DNA from: Candidatus Latescibacterota bacterium
Lineage (GTDB): Bacteria > Latescibacterota > UBA2968 > UBA8231
Reading direction: 5' to 3'
DNA length: 64,000 bases
Assembly: GCA_963422735.1 (NCBI GenBank)
Contig: OY730476.1
Coordinates: forward strand, 384,001 to 448,000
Within the stretch, counting starts at the first letter, position 1. Each line of letters begins with the position of its first letter. Positions 1 through 9,942 of this stretch are shown piece after piece. The notes under the pieces are model-generated. The model was not told where the DNA came from. It did no database searches and was given only the letters and a program-made list of their open reading frames with translations. The translations under genes and the position numbers were made by a program.

Positions 1-298
1 GGGTGAAGAAATCCAAGTTCTGCCGGGCACTAAAGTTGCCGTAGAGCATGACGTTTTCCGAGACATAGGCCACGTGCTTTTTGGCCTCTAAGGGCTGCTC
101 GGTGATGTCGATGCCGCACAGCTTGACCGTGCCTTTTGTGGGTTCGGTAAAGCCCAACGCGACCATCAAGGTGGTGGTCTTGCCCGCGCCGTTGGCGCCG
201 AGCATGGTGAAGACCTCGCCTTCGTGAATGGTCAGGTTGAGGTCGGTGACGGCTTTGACGTCCCCGTAGTGCTTGGAAAGTCCGATGATCTCCAACAT
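1..298 (-). CDS. ABC transporter ATP-binding protein (5' part; runs off window edge)
   Basis: Manual translation from ATG at 298: MLEIIGLSKHYGDVKAVTDLNLTIHEGEVFTMLGANGAGKTTTL...; Walker A GANGAGKT; AAGGA SD upstream. Confidence 0.93.
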   Translation of the reverse strand, partial: MLEIIGLSKHYGDVKAVTDLNLTIHEGEVFTMLGANGAGKTTTLMVALGFTEPTKGTVKLCGIDITEQPLEAKKHVAYVSENVMLYGNFSARQNLDFFT

Positions 299-322
299 GA
301 GGCGATCCTTTCGTGTGAGTGG

Positions 323-1717
323 TTAGGGGTTCGTGGTTTTGTACCATTCGCTTTGGAGTGCGCGGCCGAGTATGCGCCGCAGCTCTTCGGCTGCGAGGAT
401 GTAGGCTAGGCGCTCGGCAAAATAGCTTTGCTCGGCGAGGTTGACGGCCACCCGCTGGCGGCGGAGGTCATCGAAGTTGAGGTTGCCCATCGCGTTTTCA
501 AATAGCTCTTCGACCGTGTCCAACCGCTGGCGGGCGACATCGGCGCGCCGGCGCAAAAGCTGGGTGTTTTCCCGCCGGCTTTGCAACTCGTAGAAGGCTT
601 CGACCACTTCGAGTTCAATCAAGTGGCGGGTCTCGTCGCGGTCTTGGCGCAGTTCGGTAAGCCGCGCCCGTTCCTCGGCCGACTGCGCCAACCGCCGACC
701 GCCTTGGAACAGCGGCAGCGACAGGTTGGCCATCACCCGCCAGCCCTCGCCCCTGGCCAGCGCGGGGTCTAAGCCCTGGCTGGCCAGCGACCGGCGACCG
801 GAACCCACTACCGTCCACGTTTGGCCGTTGCCACTCCAGTGCAAGCCGAGGTCGGTGTCTTGGACCTTCTTGGTCAGTTGCAGGCCGACGTGGGGTAGCC
901 ACTGCCAGAACACCCGGCGCGCCTGCCGCCGCTGTTGGTCTATTTGCCAGCCGAGTTCGGCCAGATGCGGCCGGTTGGCACAGGCTTCCTCAATGAGGGC
1001 GGGCAAATCCGCTTCGCTGGGATCGAGGAGCTGGAGTTTTTCGTAGGGCGGACCGACGATCTCGATGGCGCGGAGCGAGCGTTTGCCCACCAGGCCGATC
1101 TGGGTGAATAGCTGCAGATGCAGGGTGCGCAGGGTGCGCTGGAGGTGGTTGATGCGCGTCTGCTCCTCCAACACCTCTAGCTCGGCCTCGTGCCGTTCCA
1201 CCGGCCGCGCCAAGCCCGCGTCGAGGCGCGTCTGCACCCGCTCCATTTTGGCGCGGAAGTAGGCGAGCAACTCGTCGCGGCTGGCGATTTCGTCGCGGGT
1301 CAGCAGCAGGCGGTAATAGGCTTGGCGCACCTGGCTATCCACGGCGAGGATCGCCTCGCGGTAGCGCGCCTGGGCCGCCTGCTCCCGATGCTGGGCGGCC
1401 CAGCGCGATGAGGTGATGGCGCCGTAGCGCACCAACTCTTGCTGGGCTTGTAAGAACAGCTCGCGTTGCTCCGGTTCCGGCTCCGGCGCATCGGCGAATT
1501 CGCGGCGTTCGTACTCGGCGTTCAGGCCGAGGGTCGGAAGCTGGTCGGCGTAGTCGAGGCGGGTGCGGGCCGACATTTGGTTCCAGCGGGCACGCGCCGC
1601 GCCGAGTACCGGGCTGTGCTGGCCTGCGGCGCGCTGACACGTCGTTAAATCCCATTCCTCGGCATGGGCAACCACCGCGACGCCGAGGACGGCCCAGACC
1701 CATCGATAGGCAGTCAT
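323..1717 (-). CDS. TolC-family outer membrane efflux protein
   Basis: Likely start MTAYRW (ATGA overlap with upstream stop); signal peptide; OEP-like repeats (LPTLGLNAEY, VRQAYYRLLL, LSLPLFQGG, VVEAFYEL). Confidence 0.85.
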   Translation of the reverse strand: MTAYRWVWAVLGVAVVAHAEEWDLTTCQRAAGQHSPVLGAARARWNQMSARTRLDYADQLPTLGLNAEYERREFADAPEPEPEQRELFLQAQQELVRYGAITSSRWAAQHREQAAQARYREAILAVDSQVRQAYYRLLLTRDEIASRDELLAYFRAKMERVQTRLDAGLARPVERHEAELEVLEEQTRINHLQRTLRTLHLQLFTQIGLVGKRSLRAIEIVGPPYEKLQLLDPSEADLPALIEEACANRPHLAELGWQIDQQRRQARRVFWQWLPHVGLQLTKKVQDTDLGLHWSGNGQTWTVVGSGRRSLASQGLDPALARGEGWRVMANLSLPLFQGGRRLAQSAEERARLTELRQDRDETRHLIELEVVEAFYELQSRRENTQLLRRRADVARQRLDTVEELFENAMGNLNFDDLRRQRVAVNLAEQSYFAERLAYILAAEELRRILGRALQSEWYKTTNP

Positions 1718-3225
1718 CGCTTGCTCCATTGCACGGTGAAGATGGCGATGCCCAGCACGATGCTCACCAGCAAGAGCACCAACCCGGTGATGCCCCAAAA
1801 CGACCCCTCGCTCTTGATGTTGAGGGTGACGGTGCGCTCGACCGACTCGACCCACTGCCCCTTGTGCTGGGTACTCGCACGGGTCTTGACTTCGTAGCGT
1901 CCTATCTCGGCGCTGTTGACCGGCCGCACGGTCAGTGTGGCCTCTATCTCCTCGCGCGGCGGCAACCGGGCGAGGGCCTGCGGCTCAAAGACGACCTCCC
2001 AGCCCGGCGGCGCCAGGGCTTGCAGGCGGATGTCGAGCAATTCAACCGTGCCGAGGTTGCGTAGCTGCCAAACGGACTTCGACTCGCCCTCGCCCTGGAC
2101 CGACAGGTCCAGGTTGAGGGTGGTCAACTCCAATTCGGCGCGGCCGGTGGGCACCAGCTGCAGTTGCTCGTAGCCAATGCCGAGGGCTTGCAAGCGCACC
2201 GGATCGGCGGTGGCCAACACTGCGGCGTCCACCGCCTGGGGCTCGTAGGCCAGCACCGAGAACAGCAGCGGCTGATCGACGGTGAAGTGCTCGGCCTGTT
2301 CGGGGACGTACACGGTGAGGAGGAGCGAGTCGCTGGAGTGGTCGCGGGAAAAGCGCAGCCGCGACAGCTGGCGGCCCCCGCTCTCGAACGCCCAGCGGAA
2401 GTCGGCCGGCAGCCCGTGCGCCATCAGTTGGAAAATCTTTTCGTCTTCGGCCAGCCGCTCTAACTGCAGCTCGTAGGCGACCGAGTGGCCCAACGAACCT
2501 TCTTGAGAAAACTGGGTGGCATACACGCGCACGACGTCGCGGGCGGAAGCCTTCTCGAGGTGAATGACGTGCTCGTCGGTGCGGTTGAGGTATTCAAGTT
2601 GCACGGTGATTTCCTCGACTTCGGGACGCTGCAAGCCGACCTCGATTTCGACTTCTTCGCCCAGGACCAGCACCGGGATGTGGACTTGGTAGGGCTGGCC
2701 GACCATGACGCGGTCGGCGAGGAGGGTGACGAAGAGGTTGTTGACCTGCAACAGGGAGGCGGCGTCTTGGTCGAGGCCGTTGATGTGGTAGCGGCGGCGA
2801 GCGCGATCGACCATTTGCGCCAAGGGGAGGTCGGAGTCGTTGCGCAAGGTGAGCCGCACGCGGACCTTGTCGCCTTCAACGCCGTATTTTTGTCCGTTGA
2901 CGACCGTCAGGTGGGTGGCGTCGGCCAGCGAGTGGAGGAAGGCGCGCTGGAGGTTCAATTCGGCTCGTTGCCGCGCTTGGCGGGCACGCTCGTAGCGCTC
3001 GCGGGCTAGGCGTAGCTCTTGGCCGGTGACCACGCCGCGCGCCTTGAGGCCGATCATCTGCTCGTGCTCGATGGTGATCTCGGCCTCGCGCGCGTTGGCC
3101 TGCTCCAGCGTCAAGTGAGCCTCTTCGAGGTCGAGCAGGATGCGCTGTTGTTCCTTAGTCAAGGTCTCGGCCGAGGCCGCGAAAGCCCACAGCAGCCAGC
3201 CGAAAACGTAGAAGATAGAGCACAT
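1714..3225 (-). CDS. Secreted, C-terminally anchored protein: alpha-hairpin coiled coil + Ig-like/NEW3-like domain (putative export adaptor)
   Basis: Signal peptide (WAFAASA); HlyD-like hairpin (LKARGVVTGQELRLARERYERAR); NEW3-like LRNLGT..L..PPGWEV.FEP...GRY; C-terminal TM helix. Confidence 0.6.
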   Translation of the reverse strand: MCSIFYVFGWLLWAFAASAETLTKEQQRILLDLEEAHLTLEQANAREAEITIEHEQMIGLKARGVVTGQELRLARERYERARQARQRAELNLQRAFLHSLADATHLTVVNGQKYGVEGDKVRVRLTLRNDSDLPLAQMVDRARRRYHINGLDQDAASLLQVNNLFVTLLADRVMVGQPYQVHIPVLVLGEEVEIEVGLQRPEVEEITVQLEYLNRTDEHVIHLEKASARDVVRVYATQFSQEGSLGHSVAYELQLERLAEDEKIFQLMAHGLPADFRWAFESGGRQLSRLRFSRDHSSDSLLLTVYVPEQAEHFTVDQPLLFSVLAYEPQAVDAAVLATADPVRLQALGIGYEQLQLVPTGRAELELTTLNLDLSVQGEGESKSVWQLRNLGTVELLDIRLQALAPPGWEVVFEPQALARLPPREEIEATLTVRPVNSAEIGRYEVKTRASTQHKGQWVESVERTVTLNIKSEGSFWGITGLVLLLVSIVLGIAIFTVQWSKR

Positions 3226-3238
3226 GACGAACTCCTTT

Positions 3239-4678
3239 CTATACGATGCTGGCTCGCAGCCACGAGCGGTAGGCTAGTATATAGGTGAGCATGGCAAAGA
3301 AGAATAGGCCGATTACATCGACGACAGCGTACCGTAGCAAGGTCTCCGCTGACAGGTTCTCGGTAAAGACCGGCAGGGTATCGGGGTCGATCTTCTGCCG
3401 CGACAGCCCTTGGGCGACGAGGATATGCAGGCTTTTGGGATCGTCGTGGTCGAGGTTTAGCATGGTCTGCTCGAACTGCTGGACAAAGGTGCGCGCCTGC
3501 TCGACAAAGCTTTTGTGGCGCGCCAGCCCGGTGCCGGCGAGCGCTTCCATGCCGTACTGAAAGCAGCCCGTCGGCGACAGGCGCACGATGTGGCGGGCTT
3601 TTTCGACCTCGCCGAGGCTGTAGGCCAGAAATTGGTTTTCCCGGTCTTGGGTAACCCGACGAAAGGCGCGTTCGGCCTCGGCATGCTGGCGCAATATTTT
3701 GGGGTTTCTCATATCGCGCTTCCGTGCATTGCTCCTAAGAGTATTAATTTTCGCTTTTTCTGGAGGTTCGAACTCCCACTCCATTACAACCGCCTCTCCG
3801 AATTCGCGGATCACCACGCGGGAGGCTAGGGCGCCGCCGGCCGCCGGCCAGAGCAGCACCCCGCAAGTCCACAGCAACAGCACCCCGACCAAACTGGAGC
3901 GCGTCGTGCTGCTCCGTATCGATACCCACAGACCCAACGCGACAAAACAGGCCAGATACAAAAGCGATAGGACGACCATGCCGACCAAGCGTCCGACCTC
4001 GACGAGACCCAAGTTCACCTTTGACAGCGCGAGGACGATGAGCAAGTTGACGATGAGGGCGAGGCTCAGCACGATAGAGAGAGCTAGCATCGCACCGAGG
4101 AACTTGCCCAACAGCAGGGTGTGCCGCGGCAGGCTCTGAGCCATAACCAGTTTGAGAGTGCCGCGCTCTTTTTCGCCGATGAAGGCGTCAAAGGTGAACA
4201 ACAGAGCCATGAGGCTGAGCAGACCGCCGATGATAAAGACCCAGTCAATGGCTCGAGTCTTCATTAGTTGGCTGGCCTTGGGTGCCCAGATGCCTACGAT
4301 GTCCCAATAGATGAGTAAAAAGGGATCGTAGAACCAGATGCCGTTGTACTGAAATTTCCAGCTCGGCGTCCAGAGGCGCTCGGGCAGGGCGTCGTTGGCA
4401 CCAACGGCGCAGAACATGAGGGGGCTGGGTTTTTTATAGATATAGTCCTGCCCCCCATGGACTATCAGCTTCCACAAGCCCATTTGGGCGTTGCTGCGGC
4501 CGATTTCTTGCTCGGCTTGGACCTGTTCGAGATAGTGGTCGCGCCGGAACTCGTAGGAGCCGCCGACAAAGCCGAGGGCGTTGAGCACCATCAGCCCTAC
4601 GACTAGCACGAGGGCCAAGCCGAAACGGAGGCTGATGAGGTGATCGAGCAGTTCGCGTTTTATAATGGCTGCTAGCAT
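3239..4678 (-). CDS. ABC-2 family permease, paralogue type B (copy 1)
   Basis: MLAAIIKRELLDHL; GEKERGTLKLVMAQSLPRHTLLLGKFLG motif; several TM segments and large extracytoplasmic loops. Confidence 0.88.
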   Translation of the reverse strand: MLAAIIKRELLDHLISLRFGLALVLVVGLMVLNALGFVGGSYEFRRDHYLEQVQAEQEIGRSNAQMGLWKLIVHGGQDYIYKKPSPLMFCAVGANDALPERLWTPSWKFQYNGIWFYDPFLLIYWDIVGIWAPKASQLMKTRAIDWVFIIGGLLSLMALLFTFDAFIGEKERGTLKLVMAQSLPRHTLLLGKFLGAMLALSIVLSLALIVNLLIVLALSKVNLGLVEVGRLVGMVVLSLLYLACFVALGLWVSIRSSTTRSSLVGVLLLWTCGVLLWPAAGGALASRVVIREFGEAVVMEWEFEPPEKAKINTLRSNARKRDMRNPKILRQHAEAERAFRRVTQDRENQFLAYSLGEVEKARHIVRLSPTGCFQYGMEALAGTGLARHKSFVEQARTFVQQFEQTMLNLDHDDPKSLHILVAQGLSRQKIDPDTLPVFTENLSAETLLRYAVVDVIGLFFFAMLTYILAYRSWLRASIV

Positions 4679-4717
4679 GGGGAGGCCTTCTTCTTTAGAG
4701 TCAGCGAAAAAGGTGGA

Positions 4718-5559
4718 TTATAGGAGGTTGAACAGAAAGTTCTGCGGTACGCCGCCGCTAAAATAGGCCTCTACATGGCACCACATAGCCCGCTGTGGAT
4801 CCCAGACCAGCCGAAAGAAGGACGGGGTGCGCCCCTGCCATGGCCAAGGGGAGATCCCGGCCGGCTCTTCGACGATGAACATGATATCGGCGAAAATCAA
4901 CGACTCGCCTGCCTGTAGAGCGTCCTCCACCTCATCGCGTAGTTTGGGGTGAAAATTCAAGGTAGCTTTGGGGACCATGCCGTGCGTCTGGAGATAGAGC
5001 GCATAGCTATCGTACGCCTCCTGCATCTCGAATACCTTGAATGCGCTGTCGAAAAAGGACACATTCTCAAAAAAATAATCGCGCTTCGTCATGCCGAGTA
5101 TTGCTCTGTGCCCGAGGGTGTATCGCCGATGGGGGCGTATCGGCTAGCGAGAAACTCTTGCAGGAACTCTAACCCGTCGGGGTTATTCGCGCCCTCGCGG
5201 AGGTAAAACGCGGCAGCGAGGCTGTCGCTGCCCGAAGCCGAAAAGACGACCAGAAAGTCGTAGAGCCAATCGCGCCATGCGGCTTCTTGCGCTAGGTCAA
5301 TGGGAGCGCCCAGATCGACGGGGATCGACTCGACCGCCTGCCGCAATTCGGCCCCGGCCGCGACCTTCATCATCTCCTGACCGTGGATGTAGTCGTAGAA
5401 GATTTGCAGGCTGTCGGGGTGGGATGAAAAGCCGCCGTAGTGGGACTTAGCAGGCGCGGCCGTAAGGCTGGAGACGCCTTCCTGTTCTACGCACGCTGAC
5501 TGGGCGAACCAAGCAGCGCTCAGGGCGAAATATAGGACGCGAATAGATAAAGTTTTCAT
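4718..5559 (-). pseudogene. Frameshifted paralogue of secreted protein family X
   Basis: ORFs 5089-5559 and 4718-5092 match the N- and C-halves of 22884-23720; a short deletion near 5115 (GDTP|GHRAILG, lacking the FDILKA-like segment of paralogues) shifts the frame. Confidence 0.8.
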
Positions 5560-5598
5560 CGTGGACTCCTTTTCTTTTTTAGCTCCGTTGGGATTGTC

Positions 5599-6417
5599 CT
5601 AGATGGAACTGAACAGAAAATACGGCGTCCCGATGCCGTAAACGATCTCTACATGGCGCCACATCGCCTTGTCCTGATCCCAAGCCATGCGGAAGAAGAA
5701 CGGGGTGCGTACCGCTCCCTCAAAGGCGGCGAACTCCTCAGGCTCTTCGACGATGAACATGACCTCGACAAAGGTCTGTGGTTTGCCCGCTTGGAGGTGC
5801 TCTTGGACCTCGCGCTCCATTTTGGAGGGGTTACCTGATGCGGCCCCGGGTGGAATCATGCCGCTGTCTATGAGGTAAGCGAAATAAGGGCTGTACCCAG
5901 CCTGCTTCTCGGACACCTCAAACGCGCTGTCGAAAAAGGATACCTTTCCGAAGTAGTAATCGCATTCATTCCTGTCGAGGAGTTGCCGGTGCCCCGCTTT
6001 GAGGATATCAAAAGGCGTTTCGCCTTTTAGGAGGCCCTTGCTTGCAAGCTTGCTTTTTAACTCCTCTATCCTTTCGGGATTATTGACGCCCTCGCGGAGA
6101 TAAAACGCGGCGGCGAGGCTGTCGCTACTCGAAACCGAAAAGGCGACTAAGAGATCGTAGAGCCAGGTGCGCAGGTCGGCCTCTTGCGCGGGAGTGATAG
6201 GGGTGTCCCCCTCGACGGGGATGGCCGCAATGGCCTGCTGCAATTCGTCACCGGCCTCGACGTTTATCATCTCCAAGCTGTTGACATAGTCGAAAAAGGC
6301 TTGTTGAACGATTAGGATGCTATCGGGGTGATTGATGGAGTAGCCGCCGTACTGGGCTTTCGGCTCGGCAGAGACGCTGGAGGCGGCGAACCAAGCGGCG
6401 ATTAAGGCGAAATACAA
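5599..6417 (-). CDS. Secreted protein family X paralogue (signal peptide n-region apparently lost)
   Basis: QYGGYS..HPDS, WLYDLLVAFS.S.SDSLAAAFYLREG, MFIVEEPEEF, FFRMAWD..WRHVE motifs; TTG start. Confidence 0.8.
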   Translation of the reverse strand: MYFALIAAWFAASSVSAEPKAQYGGYSINHPDSILIVQQAFFDYVNSLEMINVEAGDELQQAIAAIPVEGDTPITPAQEADLRTWLYDLLVAFSVSSSDSLAAAFYLREGVNNPERIEELKSKLASKGLLKGETPFDILKAGHRQLLDRNECDYYFGKVSFFDSAFEVSEKQAGYSPYFAYLIDSGMIPPGAASGNPSKMEREVQEHLQAGKPQTFVEVMFIVEEPEEFAAFEGAVRTPFFFRMAWDQDKAMWRHVEIVYGIGTPYFLFSSI

Positions 6418-6464
6418 AGTTTCTAGATACCTCTTCTGGTTTTGGGTTGGGTTGGGTTGGGTGG

Positions 6465-6545
6465 CCCCGGAATAGCGGCGATTAAGCCACTATCCCGGGG
6501 CGCATTGGGTGGAGGGAGAGGGCGAGTGGCCTAGACTAGTCGCCC
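6465..6545 (-). terminator. Two GC-rich hairpins just downstream of precursor 1
   Basis: CCCCGGGATAGTGGC-TTAATC-GCCGCTATTCCGGGG (15 bp with G-U pairs) and GGGCGA...TCGCCC; no clear U-tract. Confidence 0.6.
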
Positions 6546-6556
6546 CTGAAGGCTGA

Positions 6557-6736
6557 TTAGGAAGTGCATACCGCAGTCCCGCTCTCGCACGTGCAACTGG
6601 TCTTCCAACCGATTGCCTTGCACTTACTCCCATCAGGGCAAGTGATACTGCAATAAATAGCCTCGGCCTTCTGCGGCAGGAAGCTGGCGATCAAGCTCGT
6701 GAGGCCAATGGCCAGCCGGATGATGCGCTTTTTCAT
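6557..6736 (-). CDS. Cys-rich secreted precursor peptide 1 (59 aa, not in ORF track)
   Basis: MKKRIIRLAIGLTSLIASFLPQKAEA-IYCSITCPDGSKCKAIGWKTSCTCESGTAVCTS*; SD AAGGGAG; leader shared with three paralogues; 6 Cys. Confidence 0.9.
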   Translation of the reverse strand: MKKRIIRLAIGLTSLIASFLPQKAEAIYCSITCPDGSKCKAIGWKTSCTCESGTAVCTS

Positions 6737-6895
6737 GATGATCTCCCTTGATCTGGTTTGCTGCGTTGTCTCGGAGGCGATCTCCGAGGTGAAGCACTGG
6801 CGGCTAGCGGCCAGTTTAGACGATGTGTTTTATAAGCGTTACTTCCTTTCTGTTGCTGTGGAAGAGTGTGGGTTGTTGCTTCAGTAAGACCTATC

Positions 6896-6910
6896 GCAAT
6901 CTTCGTGCCA
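6896..6910 (-). promoter_or_regulatory. Sigma-54 -24/-12 promoter
   Basis: TGGCAC-GAAGA-TTGC. Confidence 0.88.
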
Positions 6911-7055
6911 ATGCGTGACCAGTGGTCGTCAATCGCGCCGAATCCTCTGATTATATGAATCATAACTTATTGTTAAGTAATGGTTTATAAAAAATAAACT
7001 AAATTTTATCGCCGTCTCTCAGGCCCTTTGTGCGACCCTTTTAACGGCCTAAAAG

Positions 7056-7093
7056 TGCGATAATATATCGCACAAATGCGTCTAAACATCGCA
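7056..7093. promoter_or_regulatory. Tandem 17-bp palindromic boxes (putative enhancer/UAS)
   Basis: TGCGATAATATATCGCA and TGCGTCTAAACATCGCA, 21-bp period, ~145 bp upstream of the sigma-54 site. Confidence 0.8.
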
Positions 7094-7236
7094 CGGACGC
7101 GCCTGTCGGTTGTACTAAGCCGCCCTTGCTCTGAAGGGGTCGGCTGGGTCGGCTTCTCAGGGAGGGTGTGGGCAGACGCACCAGCGGGCAGCCCGGTCCT
7201 ATGGGCTGCCCGCTTTATTCGTTGTGGAATTTCAGA

Positions 7237-8808
7237 TTACTTGGCGTCGTAGCGCGCAAAGAGCCAGTTGGCGAGGACAAAGAGCCCGGCCGCATACAGC
7301 AACAGGGCGGTTAGATCCGGCAAGGCGTGGCTCAGACTCCTGGCGGCCGTCCAGCCGCGCTCGTGAAACCTCGGCAAGTCGCGCAGGTCGGCGCGCCAGC
7401 CGGGGTCGTCGTTGAACCACTCGCGGGCCCCGAAGGCATCGCGCTCTTCGAGAAAGGTGACGAGTTGCCCGCGATAGGCGCGGACTTGGTTGATGAAGTC
7501 GTAGTATTCGCGTCGGCTGGTGCCGGCGAAAACACTGGCGGCTTGGGCATAGGTCCCGGCGGGCAGAAGGCGCTGGAGATAGGTGTTCCAGCGTTGGATG
7601 CGGCGGGGGAAGTTTTCGAGCAGGGGAGCTTTGGCGTGCCAAGCGCGCTGGACGTACTTCAGGCGCAACCGCTCGCCGGTGCGGATGATGTTTTGGAACT
7701 CGGCGAGTGCGGGCGAATCGACTACATTCGACATATAGAGAACAGGTTTCTGCTCATCGTCATAGTAAGCGCCAGTTCCCCCCCAATGTGTTTTAGTCCC
7801 GCGTCCCGGTTGTGGAGGGAGTTGCTCAACCATCTCTACGGGTTGGTACTGGGTCTGGCCGTGCGCCCGAGCGAGGTTAGTGACCTCCTGATCGAACTCC
7901 TTCCACACTTGCGCGGCCCTGTGATGGGCTTGCTTGTGCTTTTCGCCCATGTTGGCTTGCTCGTTGAGCCAGGCCGTGATACTGTCGGGCAGCACAATCG
8001 CCAGCAGTGCCCACATAAACAGCGCGTAAATCAAGCTGGTCGCCGAGCGGTGCGTGGCGCACGAGATCGCCAGTCCAATTAGATAGAACACGAGCAGATA
8101 CAGCAGCGACAGTGCGAACAGCAGCCCCAACCGCGCCCACTCGCCGGTCCCGATCTCGATATGCTCGGTGCCCAATAGCAAGATCATCAGCAGGATAAAG
8201 CCGAGGGCGGTCGGAATGGCCAGCGTGGTCAGGCCAGCGAGGACTTTGCCGGCGAGGACTTGGGCGCGGCTGACGTTGGTCGTCAGCATCAGCCGCAGGG
8301 TGCCGTCCTCCTTTTCGCCGGAGATGGCTTCGCTGGCGATGAGAATGGCCAGCAGGCCGAGCACGAGTTGGAAGATGTACACTATGTCGAAGGAGGCAAA
8401 GATGGCGAGGTAGGGATTGCCCGACTGGAAGGGAGCAATCGCCTCGGTTTGGTAGGGCACCTCAAAGAGCAGGACCTTGACGGCTTGCCCCACCTCTTGT
8501 TCGACGCCTTGGGCGAACACCTCCAAAGGGCGTGGGGGCCGTAGAGCACGCGGAGCCGCCTCGGCATCGAATACACCGACGACCGGACCGAAGTGGTCGC
8601 TGCCTAGGGCCGAATAATAGGTGATTTCGTAGAATTTGTTGTCTTCAACGGCGCGTTGGGCGAGGTAGCTGGACTTTTTCTGGACATAAGTCTGGCTGAT
8701 GAGCATCCCGTTGGCGATGATGAGCACTACCGCGAGGGCGGTGCAAGCGGCGAAGCGCTGGCTGAGCAGGTGGCTGAGCATCTCTTTTTTGAACACAATG
8801 CCGATCAT
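7237..8808 (-). CDS. ABC-2 family permease, paralogue type A (copy 1)
   Basis: MIGIVFKKEMLSHL; SGEKEDGTLRLMLTTNVSRAQVLAGK motif; TM segments; C-terminal FARYD. Confidence 0.88.
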   Translation of the reverse strand: MIGIVFKKEMLSHLLSQRFAACTALAVVLIIANGMLISQTYVQKKSSYLAQRAVEDNKFYEITYYSALGSDHFGPVVGVFDAEAAPRALRPPRPLEVFAQGVEQEVGQAVKVLLFEVPYQTEAIAPFQSGNPYLAIFASFDIVYIFQLVLGLLAILIASEAISGEKEDGTLRLMLTTNVSRAQVLAGKVLAGLTTLAIPTALGFILLMILLLGTEHIEIGTGEWARLGLLFALSLLYLLVFYLIGLAISCATHRSATSLIYALFMWALLAIVLPDSITAWLNEQANMGEKHKQAHHRAAQVWKEFDQEVTNLARAHGQTQYQPVEMVEQLPPQPGRGTKTHWGGTGAYYDDEQKPVLYMSNVVDSPALAEFQNIIRTGERLRLKYVQRAWHAKAPLLENFPRRIQRWNTYLQRLLPAGTYAQAASVFAGTSRREYYDFINQVRAYRGQLVTFLEERDAFGAREWFNDDPGWRADLRDLPRFHERGWTAARSLSHALPDLTALLLYAAGLFVLANWLFARYDAK

Positions 8809-8871
8809 GGTGCGGCTCCTATCGGTGGGAGGTGAGTGGCTACGGCGCAGGCTTGGGTCTGCCCCTGATTT

Positions 8872-9927
8872 TCAGGCCGCCCGAGCCGGATGCCGCCGCA
8901 GCAAGGCTTCTATCTCGGCCAGCTCGTCGGGCGATACCTCTCCGTACCGCTCGTGCAGATGCAACAGGTCGCGCAAGACTAATTCGGCGGGCATGAGCGG
9001 ATCGGGCCAAATGCCCGCCCGCCACAGTTCGATCAACCACAGCTTGGGGTCGCCGTTTTCCCGTACCATATAGTCGATGGCTTGTTCCCGGGTGCGCTGC
9101 TCGGCGGCGAGTCTGCACGGATCGGAAAACTCGTGATAGTGGTACAAGTGATACGTCAGGGCGTGGCGGGCAAAGCCCGGACCGACGCCGACGCGCTGCA
9201 ACCGATAGGCCAAATCCCATCCCTCGGAAAATGGAATGTCCGCCGCAAAGCCGCCCACCGCGCCGAAGGCTTGGCGTGGCACCGCGCTGTTGTGCGGATA
9301 GAAACCGAGAAAGCCCAGTGGCGAATCCGGATGCGCCGCGAACAGTGCCGCGACCTGATCTTGCATGGTCTTCAGTTCGTCAAAGGGATAGCCGCCTTCT
9401 TGAGCACGGGCGTGGATGCCGGCAAAGTCGTGGCGGATTTGGTCTTCGGTGATCAGCACCTGCTCTCGATGGAGCCGCAGGAAGTCGGCTAAGACGCTCG
9501 GGGTGCGCTCGGGGTCAAAGATGGCCTGCTGCGGGTCGGGCAGATACTCGAGGAGGGGCAGGCTATACAGGAAGCCGCACACATAGCGCTGGCGTCCTCC
9601 GCGCTCCCATTCCGCCCAAAGGTGCTCCAACCAACCGGGATGCGGCAAGGCGTCGCCGTCGAGAAAGGCCACCAACTGGCCTCGCGCCTGTTCGACGCCG
9701 GCATTGCGTGCTAAGCAGCGACCCACGTTGGGACGCATCGGCACCACGTGTACGTCTGGATATTCAGCGGCTAGCATGGCGTCCGTACCATCGGTGCAGC
9801 CATCGTCAACGACGATGATCTCAAAACGCTCCTTGGGAAAATGCTGGCCGGCCAAGCCACACAACACCAAGCGCAGGCGCGCCCGCTGGTTGTGGGTGGC
9901 AATGACGACGGAAGTATCGAGGCTCAT
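8872..9927 (-). CDS. Glycosyltransferase family 2 (intact copy)
   Basis: SVVIATHN, IIVVDDGCTDGT, ARNAG, FLDGD (DxD), VGGF..EGWDLAYRL, HLYH. Confidence 0.9.
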   Translation of the reverse strand: MSLDTSVVIATHNQRARLRLVLCGLAGQHFPKERFEIIVVDDGCTDGTDAMLAAEYPDVHVVPMRPNVGRCLARNAGVEQARGQLVAFLDGDALPHPGWLEHLWAEWERGGRQRYVCGFLYSLPLLEYLPDPQQAIFDPERTPSVLADFLRLHREQVLITEDQIRHDFAGIHARAQEGGYPFDELKTMQDQVAALFAAHPDSPLGFLGFYPHNSAVPRQAFGAVGGFAADIPFSEGWDLAYRLQRVGVGPGFARHALTYHLYHYHEFSDPCRLAAEQRTREQAIDYMVRENGDPKLWLIELWRAGIWPDPLMPAELVLRDLLHLHERYGEVSPDELAEIEALLRRHPARAA

Positions 9928-9942
9928 GAGATTCTCCTTTGA

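Noticed and set aside
6660-6680. Leader Gln-Lys (PQK) as a transglutaminase cross-link substrate
   Set aside because: Precursor 4 has PQE, and the residues fit an ordinary signal-peptide c-region; too speculative
7327-8082. Long plus-strand ORFs overlapping permeases and other genes (also 31520-32101, 33394-33996, 62330-63019)
   Set aside because: Antisense shadow ORFs expected in GC-rich coding DNA
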